Source: Fonticula alba ATCC 38817 (Eukaryota > Protista > Nucleariida). Taken from it: 25,101 bases of DNA. The notes under the pieces were generated by a model. It saw nothing but the letters and a program-made list of their open reading frames with translations, ran no database searches and had not been told where the DNA came from. The position numbers were made by a program, and so were the translations under genes. This document shows, piece after piece, positions 1-9,826 of the stretch (the first letter of the stretch is position 1; every line of letters begins with the position of its first letter). Location: assembly GCA_000388065.2 (NCBI GenBank), contig KB932207.1, one strand, 5' to 3'.

Positions 1-7
1 GTTCGTC

Positions 8-350
8 GGCCTAACTGGTGCTTCGGCTATACTTCCGTATACTCTTCGACACACAGCTGCTAAGGCTTTCGCTCTCAGGAGGCTCTCAACGAGAGTCCCC
101 CTTTTTGACCTTTGGGCTCGGTCAGGGGTTGGAACTGAGAACCCCCGCGGCTGGGCCCGCCCACCCGCGTATCTCCGTCCTCGGTCGAGCGTTTATGCCG
201 CTCGGCCTCGGCGGCCACCTGGCTGTTGTTCTACCCCGCATTCCTCTCCGAGGAATGCTGTTCTGGGATGCTATCATTCCCACGATGTAACACGTGTGGC
301 AATTCACTCACGTGTTGCTTCATCTATCGTTTACATGGGGATTCCACTAC
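8..350 (+). ncRNA. Candidate structured non-coding RNA, possibly RNase MRP-like (may extend left of the window)
   Basis: Eight stem-loops read by eye: 8-67 (long, internal loops), 78-100, 106-124, 125-145, 146-169, 183-207 (9 bp), 238-258 (perfect 9 bp), 287-318 (10 bp). Several G-U pairs work only on +. GAGAGTCCCC (91-100) resembles MRP CR-I and can pair with GGGGATTC (337-344). The canonical GGGGCU of CR-V and a GARAR loop are missing. Confidence 0.3.
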
Positions 351-692
351 AATTAACACACGAGCAGACGGACACCCACACCCACACACGAGCACACGGA
401 CACACGGACAGACACGAGCATATAGCATCATGCTCACTTACATACAGACCTCCATGCGCACCCCCCCCCCCCTGCCAGCCACATACCGGCCCTGCCTCAC
501 TGCCGAGCAAGGACTCCCGAACGGAACGGACCACGGACAGAGCAGGATACCCGCCTCTTCCCCGGCCACTCGCAAAATGAAGAGGGCAGGCGTTTGTACA
601 TTTACGCAATACAAAGGAGAAAGCCAACGAGAGGGAGGAAACTGAGAGGGGAATATATGTGAGGGGAGGGGAAAAGGCAGGCCAGATGGGTG

Positions 693-2110
693 TCACTTTT
701 TCGACGACGAAACCGGCCGGCTGGACACCGACTGCCGGGCACCCTTGCCGGAGGCCGGGGCGCGCGAAGACTGGCCGGCCGGCCCGCGCGAGGACGGCGC
801 CGGGGCACTTCCACCATCGGCCGGCGGTGCGGCCGGCTCGCCATCCTGATGCATGTCAGTGTCGAAATCCAGCTCGTACAGGGAGTCCACATCCGGGTCG
901 TCGTCCTGCGGATCGGCAGCAGCACCCTTGCCGGTGGTCGACGACGAGGGCTGAGACGACAGGAGCGACACCCCGGCCGGGGGCATCTGGCTGAAGTCCA
1001 TCACAGCCGGCTCCGGCGGAGGACCGCCAGCACGCGGGCCGCCCCGCGGGACGAAGTCCTCCGGCGAGAGGCTGGCCTCGGCCAAGACAATGATGTTCTG
1101 CGGCTGCGAGGCATTCATGACGATCGGCTGTGGCCGGGAGGCCGGGAGGGCTGTGGCCGGGGCCGCGGTCTTCAACCCGGCCAGCGACGGATACAGGGGC
1201 TCCTCCAGGCTTCGGAGCTCCGAGGCATGGGCCAGATTCTGCTCGGAGAAGGCGATCACCGTCCCGGCACCGAGCTTGCTGGCCAGCGTCGCGGAGGGCG
1301 CCTGCGGGTCGTCCCCCGGGGCAAAGGCCCCGCCGCCATGGTGGCCACCAAGCCCGGGGCCACCATCGGCACCGCCAACGCCACTGCCTCCCGCCGAGGG
1401 GGTGAACACAATCGACGACAGGGGATCGGCAAACTCATTGTCCCCGAAGGAGGCCATCATCCCGCCCGACAGGCTGTTCGAGCTGAAGTCCGACATGAGC
1501 AACTCATCCGCGTCAAATTCCTCATCGGCATCGTGGATGTGATCGAAGTCCCCATCGGCGTCCTTCGGCCCGGCGCCCGCGGCAGAGGGGCCCCCGGCCG
1601 CGGCTCGGGCCTGTTGCTTGGCCGCGCGCATGCGGGCCAGGCGCTCCTGCCGGACGCGCTCCGTCGCCTCATTCGGGTCGACGGCCACCTGGCGGTAGTC
1701 GTACTCCGGATTTTGCCCGGGGAGGAAGCGCGGGGCGGCCATATCACCGCCGCCGCCGCCGCCACGGAGGTGCTGCTCGGCCTCGTCCTCCGAGTCGGCC
1801 CAAGAGTCATCCCCGGGGCCGAGGCTCGCCCCGCCGCCCAGGCGGCCGCCCGAAAGCCCGGCCACGGCCACCGGCACATGGTCCGCCAACAGGGCGGCCA
1901 GCCCCTCCACCATGCCGGAGGAGTAGGCCCCAACGCCGGAGGCCGAGGCTGCTGTGATGGCGTCCCGGCTCCAGACCGACGCATGGTCCCGGGCCACGGC
2001 CACCGTGTATCGGACATGCTCCAGCGCATCGGACAGCGAGCCGCGCATGGCTGTTCCCGAGGGGATGTGCTGCGAGTCGCCCAGCAGCATGGCCGCCGCA
2101 TCGAGGGTGG
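693..2110 (-). CDS. BCAS3: BCAS3-like exon 6: acidic/low-complexity C-terminal tail
   Basis: Acceptor ATGCAG|CC at 2111 (phase 1, matches the donor). Open to TGA at 695-693 in ORF 693..2615. Confidence 0.8.
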
Positions 2111-5100
2111 CTGCATGGTCACAGCGCAACCCGATGCCCGCATCCAGGCGGTCGCGCGGGGGGGGGGGGGGGGGGGGAAAAAACACCAAAGGCCAGGGGC
2201 AGTGAAAGTCCCCACCATTGGGCGAGCAAAGGGCCGGGAGGGAGGGCCGACACACGGCCACATGCATGCGCAGGAGCCCGTGCGCGTGTGCGTGTGTGTG
2301 TGCGTGTGGCCGGGCCGAGGGGACCATGCGTACCATCGTCAATCGTCTCGAAGTCATCGGTGTCCGAGTCGGAGTCGGCGCCAGCGGTGGAATGCTGCAT
2401 GTCGGGCGAATCGTCGGCCAGCCTGCCGGGCACCGACCGCGAGCCTGGGCGAAGCAGCGGCGGCGAGGCGCCCCCGGCCACGGTGCCACTGGTGCCGACC
2501 CCCGGGCCGGCCGCCTGGAAAGATACCTGCGGCCGGGTGTGCGGGATATGCGTGGTGGCCGTGCGGTTGAAGCTCGGGATCCCGGGGACATTGTGACGCG
2601 AGGGAAGAGGCCCAAGGGCCAGGCCGCCGGCCTCCGAGGAGGACAGCGACATCGACGGCTGGCCGTAGTACTGGAAGAGGAAGCTCGGATGGCGCCAAAG
2701 GGGCGGCGGGAGCCCCGGGCTCGGGGAGAAGGGCGGCAGCAGCAGGTGCGACCGCCAGACCGTGGCCGAGCTATCCACCGCCTCCGGGGTCAGCAGGGAC
2801 CCGGAAGAAGAGCCACCGGCCGGTGGCGTGGCCCCGGCGGCAGGGCCGCCGCTCGCGGCCCCGGCCAGCACACTCTCCGAGCTCCCCCCGGGCGAGGACC
2901 CGGGCGAGCCGTCGGGCGTGGACCGACCCCCGGGACTGCTGGGGGCCGGGGCCACGGCGCTGCCCACCGGCGTCGACATGGCCAGGAGATTCATCGGCAG
3001 CGGATACCGGTAGAAGGGCAGCTGGTCCGACGCCGGGACCGCATGGCGGAAGTACTCCACACAGCTGACATGCAGGGATTCCTCCAAACCGGCGGGAACC
3101 GGCGAGCCAGATGACCCGCCCGGCCCGGCGGCGCCCCCGTGGCCCGATGGCGGGGAGGAATTCCCCGACCCGCCGGGGCCGGCGCCCGCCGGCAGGCCAA
3201 ACTCATGCGCCAGGAAGTCCGAGCTGCTGGACGGGTGTGCTCCCGACCCGACGGGCAGGCGCCCGACGCCCCCCGCAGCAGCGGGGTCATCCAGGGAGAT
3301 GCCGCCCGCACCGGCGGAACGGCCGCCCCCGCCGGACCCGGACAGCCCGGGCCCGGGCCCGGCCCCAGCCCCGGTGCCCGTGCCCTGGGCATTGGTCACA
3401 AAGGCCGGCAGGAAGTTGCTGGCCCCGGCGGCCGAGGCGGCCGCGGCGGTGGCCTCAACCGCGGCCGAGGCCATGCGCGAGGCCGCCGCCGCGGCATTCC
3501 GCCCACGCGACACACGCGACTCCGGGATCAGTCGCGCGTACAGCAGCGGCCCGGGGGAGTTCGGGCCGGAGCCCGCCAAGCCGGCCGCATTGAAGTAGTA
3601 CAGGGCCTGGGTCGGGCCGTGCACCGGGCCGATGTATTCGAAGCCGGACTCCGGGTGCAGCCCGGCCGGGCCGCCGCCGGTGGAGCCACCGCCACCCGGG
3701 CCCCCGGCCGACCCACCACCCGGGCCACGCCCATGGGTCACCTCCAGGCCGCCGGCCTCATTGGTGGTGTAGTAGAGCCCCGGCTGGGCTGGGGCCGGGG
3801 AAACCAGGGCACTGGGGAACATGAAGACCGACATGGAGGACCGGAAGCCCTGGAGACGATCGCCAGAGCCACCGGGGCCGGCTCCAGCCGACTCGGCCTG
3901 CGGATCGTGCAAGCCACCGAGGCCACCGGCCCCGGCCCCGGCCCCGGCCCCGGCGCCCGGAGCCCGGCCAGCCGGGGCCGAGATCGTGTCCTTGATGCGA
4001 TAGGCCGCGCGGATGTCCACCGGCTGGCGGAGGGCATTCGGCGGCAGGTGATCGAAGAGGGACTGCTCGGTCGGGGGCCGATAGCCGGCCGGCGCGCGGA
4101 CCAGCCGGCGCAGGGTGTGCGTGTTGATGCCCACCGGGCCGCCCACCGGGGAGATGGGGAAAAAGTGCGCCGTGCCACGGTCCGAGCAGGCGACAACCCA
4201 ATTGCCGGCCGGGCTGAACTGCAAGTGCTCAATCACACACGGGGTGATGCCCCGCTGAAGGCGATACAGCAGCTCGGCCCCGCCATTGGGCCCAAGCCCG
4301 GGTGGCGATGCCCCGCCCCGAGGCCGGACCCCCGCGCCCGGGCCACCGGCCTGATGATGGTACAGGTCCGCCGCCGGGGGGGGAGGCCGGATCCGGAAGA
4401 CATGCAGCACCTTCCCGTGGGCCGGGGCCGTGACCAGCAGGGTGCCGGACGCGTCGAAGGCCATGGCGGCAATCGGCGCATCGTGATGCGCCACGAAGTG
4501 CGCAATCACACGAAGATCCTCCCCGGAGGTGGCATCACCACTGCCACCGGGACTCTGCAGAGACCGGATCATGACGATGCCCGGCTCGGCGGCGGCCTTC
4601 CCGGACCCGGGGCCGCCGGTGCCAGCAGCACTGGACCCCATTCCGGCCCCGGGGCCCGCCCCGCCAGGCCCCGTGCCAAGGACCCCGGTCGCCCCGAGGG
4701 AGGATCCCCCGGCCACAGGGGCCGAGCAGCCCGCCCCGCCGGCCATGCCGTCCGAACAGTCAACCCCGCCACCGGGGGCCATGGACCCGGGACCGACGCC
4801 ACCGGGGCCGCCACCAACGCCCGGCAGCCCATGCGGCGTGCTCCGGGGCGAGGCCCCATTGAAGACATCAGACCAATTGGTGCCGGCCGAGCTGGGGGAA
4901 GGGGAAGGGCCGGTGTCACCGGTGTAGGCGGACTTCCGACCGAGCCAGCGCCAGCCGGCAGCCACCTGCGAGCTGATGGCCTGCACGGCGGCCGACGCGG
5001 TGGCCGCCGCAATGGAAGCCGTCTTATGCAGGGAGTTTGACGATTGGCCATAGGAGCCGGACCTGGCGGAGAGAGGCGCGAGGACGCGGGGAAGGGGGAA

Positions 5101-7315
5101 GAAAAGAGCCGGAGGAAGGGACAAAAGGAGGAGGGAAAAAAACGATGGTCAGAGGGGGAGGGAGGGGGGGGGGGGGCATAGGCAGAAGGTGCGCTCGCAC
5201 GAGGGCATCGAAGGGACGCACATCATGACGGGGCTCTGGTCGGTCCAGGTCCGCGACGCGTAGGCCATCCAGCTGGCGCCCAGGGCGGCCACAACCCCGC
5301 GCGAGCCCACCACCGACGGCCGGCAGTCCGTCAGTTCGAAGGAAGGCTGGTATGCGTCGAAGTTGCGCAGATCCCCGGCCGACGCAGGCCCGACCGGCCC
5401 GGCTGCCGGCAGGTCCGCCAGGTGGGACTTCTGGCTGGGACCCCACAGGCGGAAGGTGCTGATCTTGGTCCGGCCCAAGAGCGCCAGGATCTGCGAGTTG
5501 GACAGGGCTTCGCGAATGTGGTTGTCATCCGAGGCGTAGGGGCCGCCAGCGGGCCCGGACCCGACCACGGCTGCCAGCTGCGAGGAGTTGATGTGCAGCA
5601 TGCATACAATGGCCGTCGTACGAAGCGAGATAATGCGCATCTCCCGGACACCGGTGGTCTGGGAGAAGGAACTGAAGAGCGGGTCGGGACGCGTGTCAGA
5701 AAGTGAACCAATGCGGGGGGGGGGGGGGGGGGCAATACACCCAGTGATGGTGGCGGCGGGAGCCCCGAGGGGAATGGCAGAACAAGAAGAGGAGAGAAAG
5801 GCCGTACACAACAAGAGCATGGGGGCGGTCGGAGTTGGCCAACTCGGCGGGCGTCATGTTGCTGGGATTCTCGATGAGCTGCCAGCCGGGGAACGTTCAG
5901 GGGTTAACAGACAGACAGAGAGATGGGGGGGGGGCGGGTGGCGAAACAGGCGAAACAGGCGAAACAGGCGAAACAGGCGAAACAGGCGAAACAGGAAGCA
6001 TGGGCACAGCAGGCACGCACCCGGAACACCAGGACCGGCAGAGTGGACTCGGCGGAAAAGATGCGACGCGCGGCGCGGGGATCATCGACATCCCACAGCT
6101 CGTAGCGGTCGGTCATGCCGAGACACAGGCACAGAGGCCCCTTGGACCCGGGGCTGGGCTTGGACAGCTGGGGGAGGTGCTCAAAGCGGGCATAGATCAC
6201 CCGGCTGGCGGCGCTGGTCCCGGCCGCGGCGCCGGTCGACCCGGCGAAGCCCACCCCCGCCCCGACCCCGGTGGCCTTGGTGATGCGTGACATGAAGTCA
6301 TGCACCGTGGAGGCCGAGGAGCCATATGCCACCTCCAGGAAGGACCGATTGGAGAGATTGGCCCGGATGGCCGTCGTCACCGGGGGAATGTGCAGCATCG
6401 ACATGTCCGGCTGCGGTGGCGGCCGAACCGGCGTGCCGGGCAGGATGGCCGGCACCCCGCGCGGCCCGGGGACCGGCTCGCTCGCACCGACCCCCGGGAA
6501 GCCAAAGGCCCCGCCATCCGCCGAGGGGGGGTATTGCGGCAAGGCATCCGACGGGGTGCCCGCCGTGGGCCTCATGTCGGGGATATTTTCCAGATGCGAG
6601 AAGTCCATGCTGCCGGAGGAAGTGGCCCTGGCTGGCGGAGTAGCCGGCCGGAAGAGGTGCTGCCTGTTGGGGAAGAGGCCATCGCCGGCCGGGCCGGTCT
6701 CCGGGTCCTCTTCGGAGGAAGAAGTCGAGGGGGAGGACCCGGTCGCATGGGGGGCCGCGGTGACCGGCCCGACAACCGAGTCGTCGGCCGTCCCATCAAG
6801 TCGACCACCGCTGGCCGAGGCCATGACCGGGGGCGGGGGCGAGGTCGGGGGCGTCCCGCCAGACGCCGCGCCCCTTGCATATGTGTCAAAGACAGCGGCT
6901 CCCGGCACCGGGGAGCCCGGCGTGGCCGGGGCCGCCGGCGATTCCAGGTCAATGTCCAGCAGCTGGCCGGTGCTGCCGCTGCCGGCCGGAGTGCCACCAT
7001 GCTCGGTGGCAGCCGGCCCGGGCGACATGAAATCCCCATACGGGAAGTGGCTCAGCCCCGGGTGAGTGGACCGCCCAAGATCCAGGCTGACCAGACCGTC
7101 ATTCAGGAAGGAACCCCGCGAGTCATCCTCATCATCCTCATCATGGCGATCATGGTCGTGGCCTTCGGACGAGCCGCCCGGCCGGAAGCGCCCATGCTCG
7201 GCCACCAGCGAAGGCGGCGAGTCAAAGGGCAAGAATGATGGGGTGTCAGACGCAGGGGGGGGAGGACCATCGTCCAGGGGCGACAAGTCCAGGAGGGGAT
7301 ACTGAGCCGACAGGG

Positions 7316-7370
<55 letters not shown>

Positions 7371-7668
7371 CGGGACCGCCACCGGAGCCTCGATCTTCGG
7401 CTCGGGAATCGACTCCGGCTCGGGAATCGACTCCGGCTCGGGAATCGACTCCGTCCCCGAGACAGACTGCGACTTGGACTTGGCTTTGCCCCCGGACGCT
7501 GGCGAGGCCTTGGCCTGAGATGTGGGCTCGGGCTCGGGCCCAGGGGCAGGCGTGGACTCGGTCTTAGGTTCAGCCTTGGACTTAGACTTGGACTTGGACT
7601 TTGTCTTAGACTTGGGCTCGGGCTCGGGCTCGGGTTCAGACTTAAGTTCAGGCTCAGGCTCGGGCTCA

Positions 7669-7729
<61 letters not shown>

Positions 7730-9173
7730 ACTTAAGTTCAGGCTCGGGCTCGGGCTCAGACTTAAGTTCAGGCTCGGGCTCGGGCTCGGGCTTAAGTTCA
7801 GGCTCAGGCTCAAATGTAGGCTCAACAGGCGACACGGACTTCGAGCTGACAGCAGGCTCCGATACCGGGACAGGCCCCGGCTCGGCAACAGGCTCAGGGT
7901 CCGGAGGGCTGGTGGCCTTTTTCTTCTTGCGCTTTTTGCTCTCCTCCCTGCGAGGGGAGGACTTTTCCTTGCGAGGCGTGGGCTCCTCCTTGGCTGCCGG
8001 AGGCTCGGCGGAGATGACAGACTGCTTTTTCTCCTCGCGCTGGATGGACTCCGCCGAGGAGGACGAGACGATCTCCGAGGAGGAAGCAGATGAGGAAGGA
8101 GGGGACATGGCGGCGTTGGGGCCGGGCAACTGATTGGCCGGCCGCATGGAGGGCGCCGGCGAAGGCGGCGAAGGCGGCGATCGAAGCTCCAGCTCGGCGG
8201 CTGGAAGTGGCGAGAGATCCAGCAGGAGACCAGGCGAGGCCCCGGCGGCTGGAGGCCCGGCGGCTGAAGCACCAGCGGACACGGGGGCCGGGGTCAAGGA
8301 GCTGGCAGTCCCTGGCGTGTCGCTGGGCGGCGTGCCCGGCGGGGTGGAGATGGCCTCGACCTTGGGACCGGCGGCAGGCTCAATGCTGACCTCGCCCGGC
8401 TCGGCGAGCCGGGACTCGGCCTCGCCGCCACCCTCACCAGCATCAGAACTGGCATTGGCATGGGCAGTGTCATTGTTGCCATCGTCCGCAGCAATGGTCG
8501 CAGTGGCATCAACATCGTCGGCACCAACATCGAGTCGAGCATCGGGCTTGGTGGTGGTGCAATTGCCCTGGGGCGTGGCCTCGACAGAAGCCGCACGATC
8601 AACCACTTCGGCATCGGCCTCGAGTGGGGGCTCCGGGTTGTCATCTGCGTCAAAGGAGAAGAGAGTCAATGTCACGACTCAGACGGGGGGAGGCAGAAAA
8701 AATGAGAAAAAAAAAGGCATCCACATACCCTGTTGATCCGACTTCGAGGCAGCTGCCGAGGCGACAGCCGACCAGCTTAGCGGAGCGACTGGGGTGTCTG
8801 CCGGCTGTTCCCTGGCCGGACTCTTGGAGGCCTTCGCCTGGTCCGCCTTGACCGGTGAGGAGGCCGCCCGAGTGCCGCTTTGGGAGGTCGGTGAGGGGGA
8901 AGATGACCGATCGGCCTCGGCAGGAGCCTCGGTGGCAACCGAAGTGACCGGACCGCCACCGGGCAGCAGGTCGCTCGAGGAGCTGGGGCTCGGCTCGGGT
9001 GAATTATCGGGGCTTGGCGCGGCAGAGCCCTTGGGGCTTGGCCCGGTGGAGTTGCCGGCTGAAGAGCCAGCAGAACGCGTGGGCACATTGGCATTGGCGC
9101 CCCGGCCCCTGCGAGACGGGGAGCCACCACCGCCACCTTCCGACAGTAGGTCCGAAAGGTTTTTGATGCCCAT
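693..9173 (-). CDS. BCAS3: BCAS3-family (plant ATG18f-h-like) PROPPIN-related WD40 autophagy protein, ~2578 aa, with very long low-complexity extensions; whole gene span
   Basis: Exons 9173-8729, 8644-6021, 5878-5808, 5671-5222, 5062-2334, 2110-693. All introns are GT-AG, all phases match, total 7737 nt = 2579 codons including TGA. BCAS3 motifs: [73 protein letters not shown]...[56 protein letters not shown]. Confidence 0.88.
2334..5062 (-). CDS. BCAS3: BCAS3-like exon 5: lipid-binding propeller blades and BCAS3 C-terminal domain motifs
   Basis: Lies in ORF 2119..5124. Acceptor GCCAG|G at 5063, donor G|GTACGC at 2333. Contains the [13 protein letters not shown] and [10 protein letters not shown] motifs. 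Confidence 0.9.
5222..5671 (-). CDS. BCAS3: BCAS3-like exon 4 (WD40 blades)
   Basis: Acceptor CTTCAG|T at 5672, donor AT|GTGCGT at 5221, both phase 2. Encodes [14 protein letters not shown] and [10 protein letters not shown]. Confidence 0.85.
5808..5878 (-). CDS. BCAS3: BCAS3-like exon 3 (71 nt; [24 protein letters not shown]); not in the ORF track
   Basis: Acceptor GGCAG| at 5879 (phase 0), donor GT|GTACGG at 5807 (phase 2). It bridges the frames of exons 2 and 4, and RPHALVV matches BCAS3 RPllavv. Confidence 0.75.
5941..5994. repeat. Perfect tandem 9-mer (GCGAAACAG)x6 inside BCAS3 intron 2
   Basis: Units start at 5941, 5950, 5959, 5968, 5977 and 5986. Confidence 0.95.
6021..8644 (-). CDS. 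BCAS3: BCAS3-like exon 2: long disordered N-terminal region plus the first propeller elements
   Basis: Lies in ORF 5904..8675. Ends YARFEHL...[14 protein letters not shown]...VLVFR followed by donor GTGCGT at 6020 (phase 0). Confidence 0.85.
7317..7367 (-). repeat. Pure (CAG)17 encoding a poly-Gln tract
   Basis: (CTG)n on the + strand, in frame in BCAS3 exon 2. Confidence 0.9.
7399..7452 (-). repeat. 18-nt coding tandem repeat x3 (IPEPES)
   Basis: CTCGGGAATCGACTCCGG-type unit repeated three times on +. Confidence 0.85.
7560..7815 (-). repeat. Coding hexamer array: (Glu-Pro)n with interspersed ELK(S/P), followed by (Lys-Ser)n
   Basis: (GGCTCG/GGCTCA)n with recurring CTTAAG on +; the translation matches the ORF track. 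Confidence 0.9.
8729..9173 (-). CDS. BCAS3: BCAS3-like exon 1 ([10 protein letters not shown]...SDQQ)
   Basis: ATG at 9173. Donor G|GTATGT at 8728 (phase 1) matches acceptor GACGCAG|AT at 8645. Confidence 0.75.
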
Positions 9174-9820
9174 GGTACTGGCCGAAAGAGGAGGAAGGGG
9201 GGGGAGAGAGAGGGAGAGAGAGGACGTGCGCGGAGGAAGAAGAGAAAGGAGAGAGAGAGAGAGAGAGAGGGAGGGAGGGCCCGGACGGCGCTCGGATCTG
9301 GGCCGAGGGCCAAGTGAAACGAGCACAGGGAGGGGAGGAGCAGTGGAGGGGGAGAAGAAAGGAGAGGAGTGGGAGAATGAGGGAAGGGAGATGTGGCGCG
9401 GCCCAGGGGGAGGGTGGCGGGGCCCTCTTTTTTCTGGGATCTCCTCCCTTGCGTAATCCCCGGCGCTTCCCCGGCGGTGAAAAAAAGACGCCCCCCGCCC
9501 ACCCGCCCCCCTCCCCCAACGCGTACACATCCCCCGAGGGGCTCCCCGGCCCGCTTGAATTCCTTTGGTTTCTCCGGACACCCTGGTCCTCGGGAGAAGC
9601 GGGGCCGGGGGGGCCGGGGGGGGGGACAAAGAGAACAGGCCGGACGGGTGAATGAAGAGAAACACCGGCCCCTGAGAACGAAGGGGGGACGCGGAGAACC
9701 TGGACAGCGCCGGACGCCCCCCGCCCCCATGAGAGTCATCATGCTTTTTGCCAGGCGCTTCTCGTCCACCTCTCCACCTGAGCGCCACAAGCCAGCGAAA
9801 AGCACACGGGGGACCGGCCC

Positions 9821-9826
9821 GTTAGT
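9821..9826 (-). promoter_or_regulatory. Consensus spliceosomal branch point ACTAAC of a putative intron 9981-9778
   Basis: The minus strand reads GTATGT (9981) ... ACTAAC ... GCTCAG| (9778). Confidence 0.6.

Noticed and set aside
1-350. Hammerhead, HDV-like ribozyme, group I core, U3, U6, SRP, tRNA, 5S or telomerase assignments for the structured element
   Set aside because: Only fragments match (CTGAGAG..GAAA on minus, GGCTATACTT, TCCTCG, AAGTATAGCC). The required partner motifs, helices or a CUAACCCU template are absent.
18-994. Short ORFs at the left end (18..290, 226..645, 331..696, 602..925)
   Set aside because: They translate simple CA/CT repeats and the BCAS3 3' region, with no motifs or consistent splice structure.
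4110-4530. Calling the WD40 gene ATG18/WIPI
   Set aside because: It has LQRG rather than FRRG/LRRG, plus [18 protein letters not shown] and the C-terminal PLWRHPSF motif, which are BCAS3-family features.
690-5040. Long + strand ORFs (690..2570, 626 aa; 2218..3114; 3139..5040, 633 aa)
   Set aside because: They are antisense shadows of the GC-rich BCAS3 exons, with Arg/Gly/Pro-biased translations and no recognisable motifs.
5941-7815. 9-mer and GGCTCG arrays as CRISPR-like repeats
   Set aside because: They are contiguous tandem units with no unique spacers, in a eukaryotic intron/exon context, and no cas genes are present.
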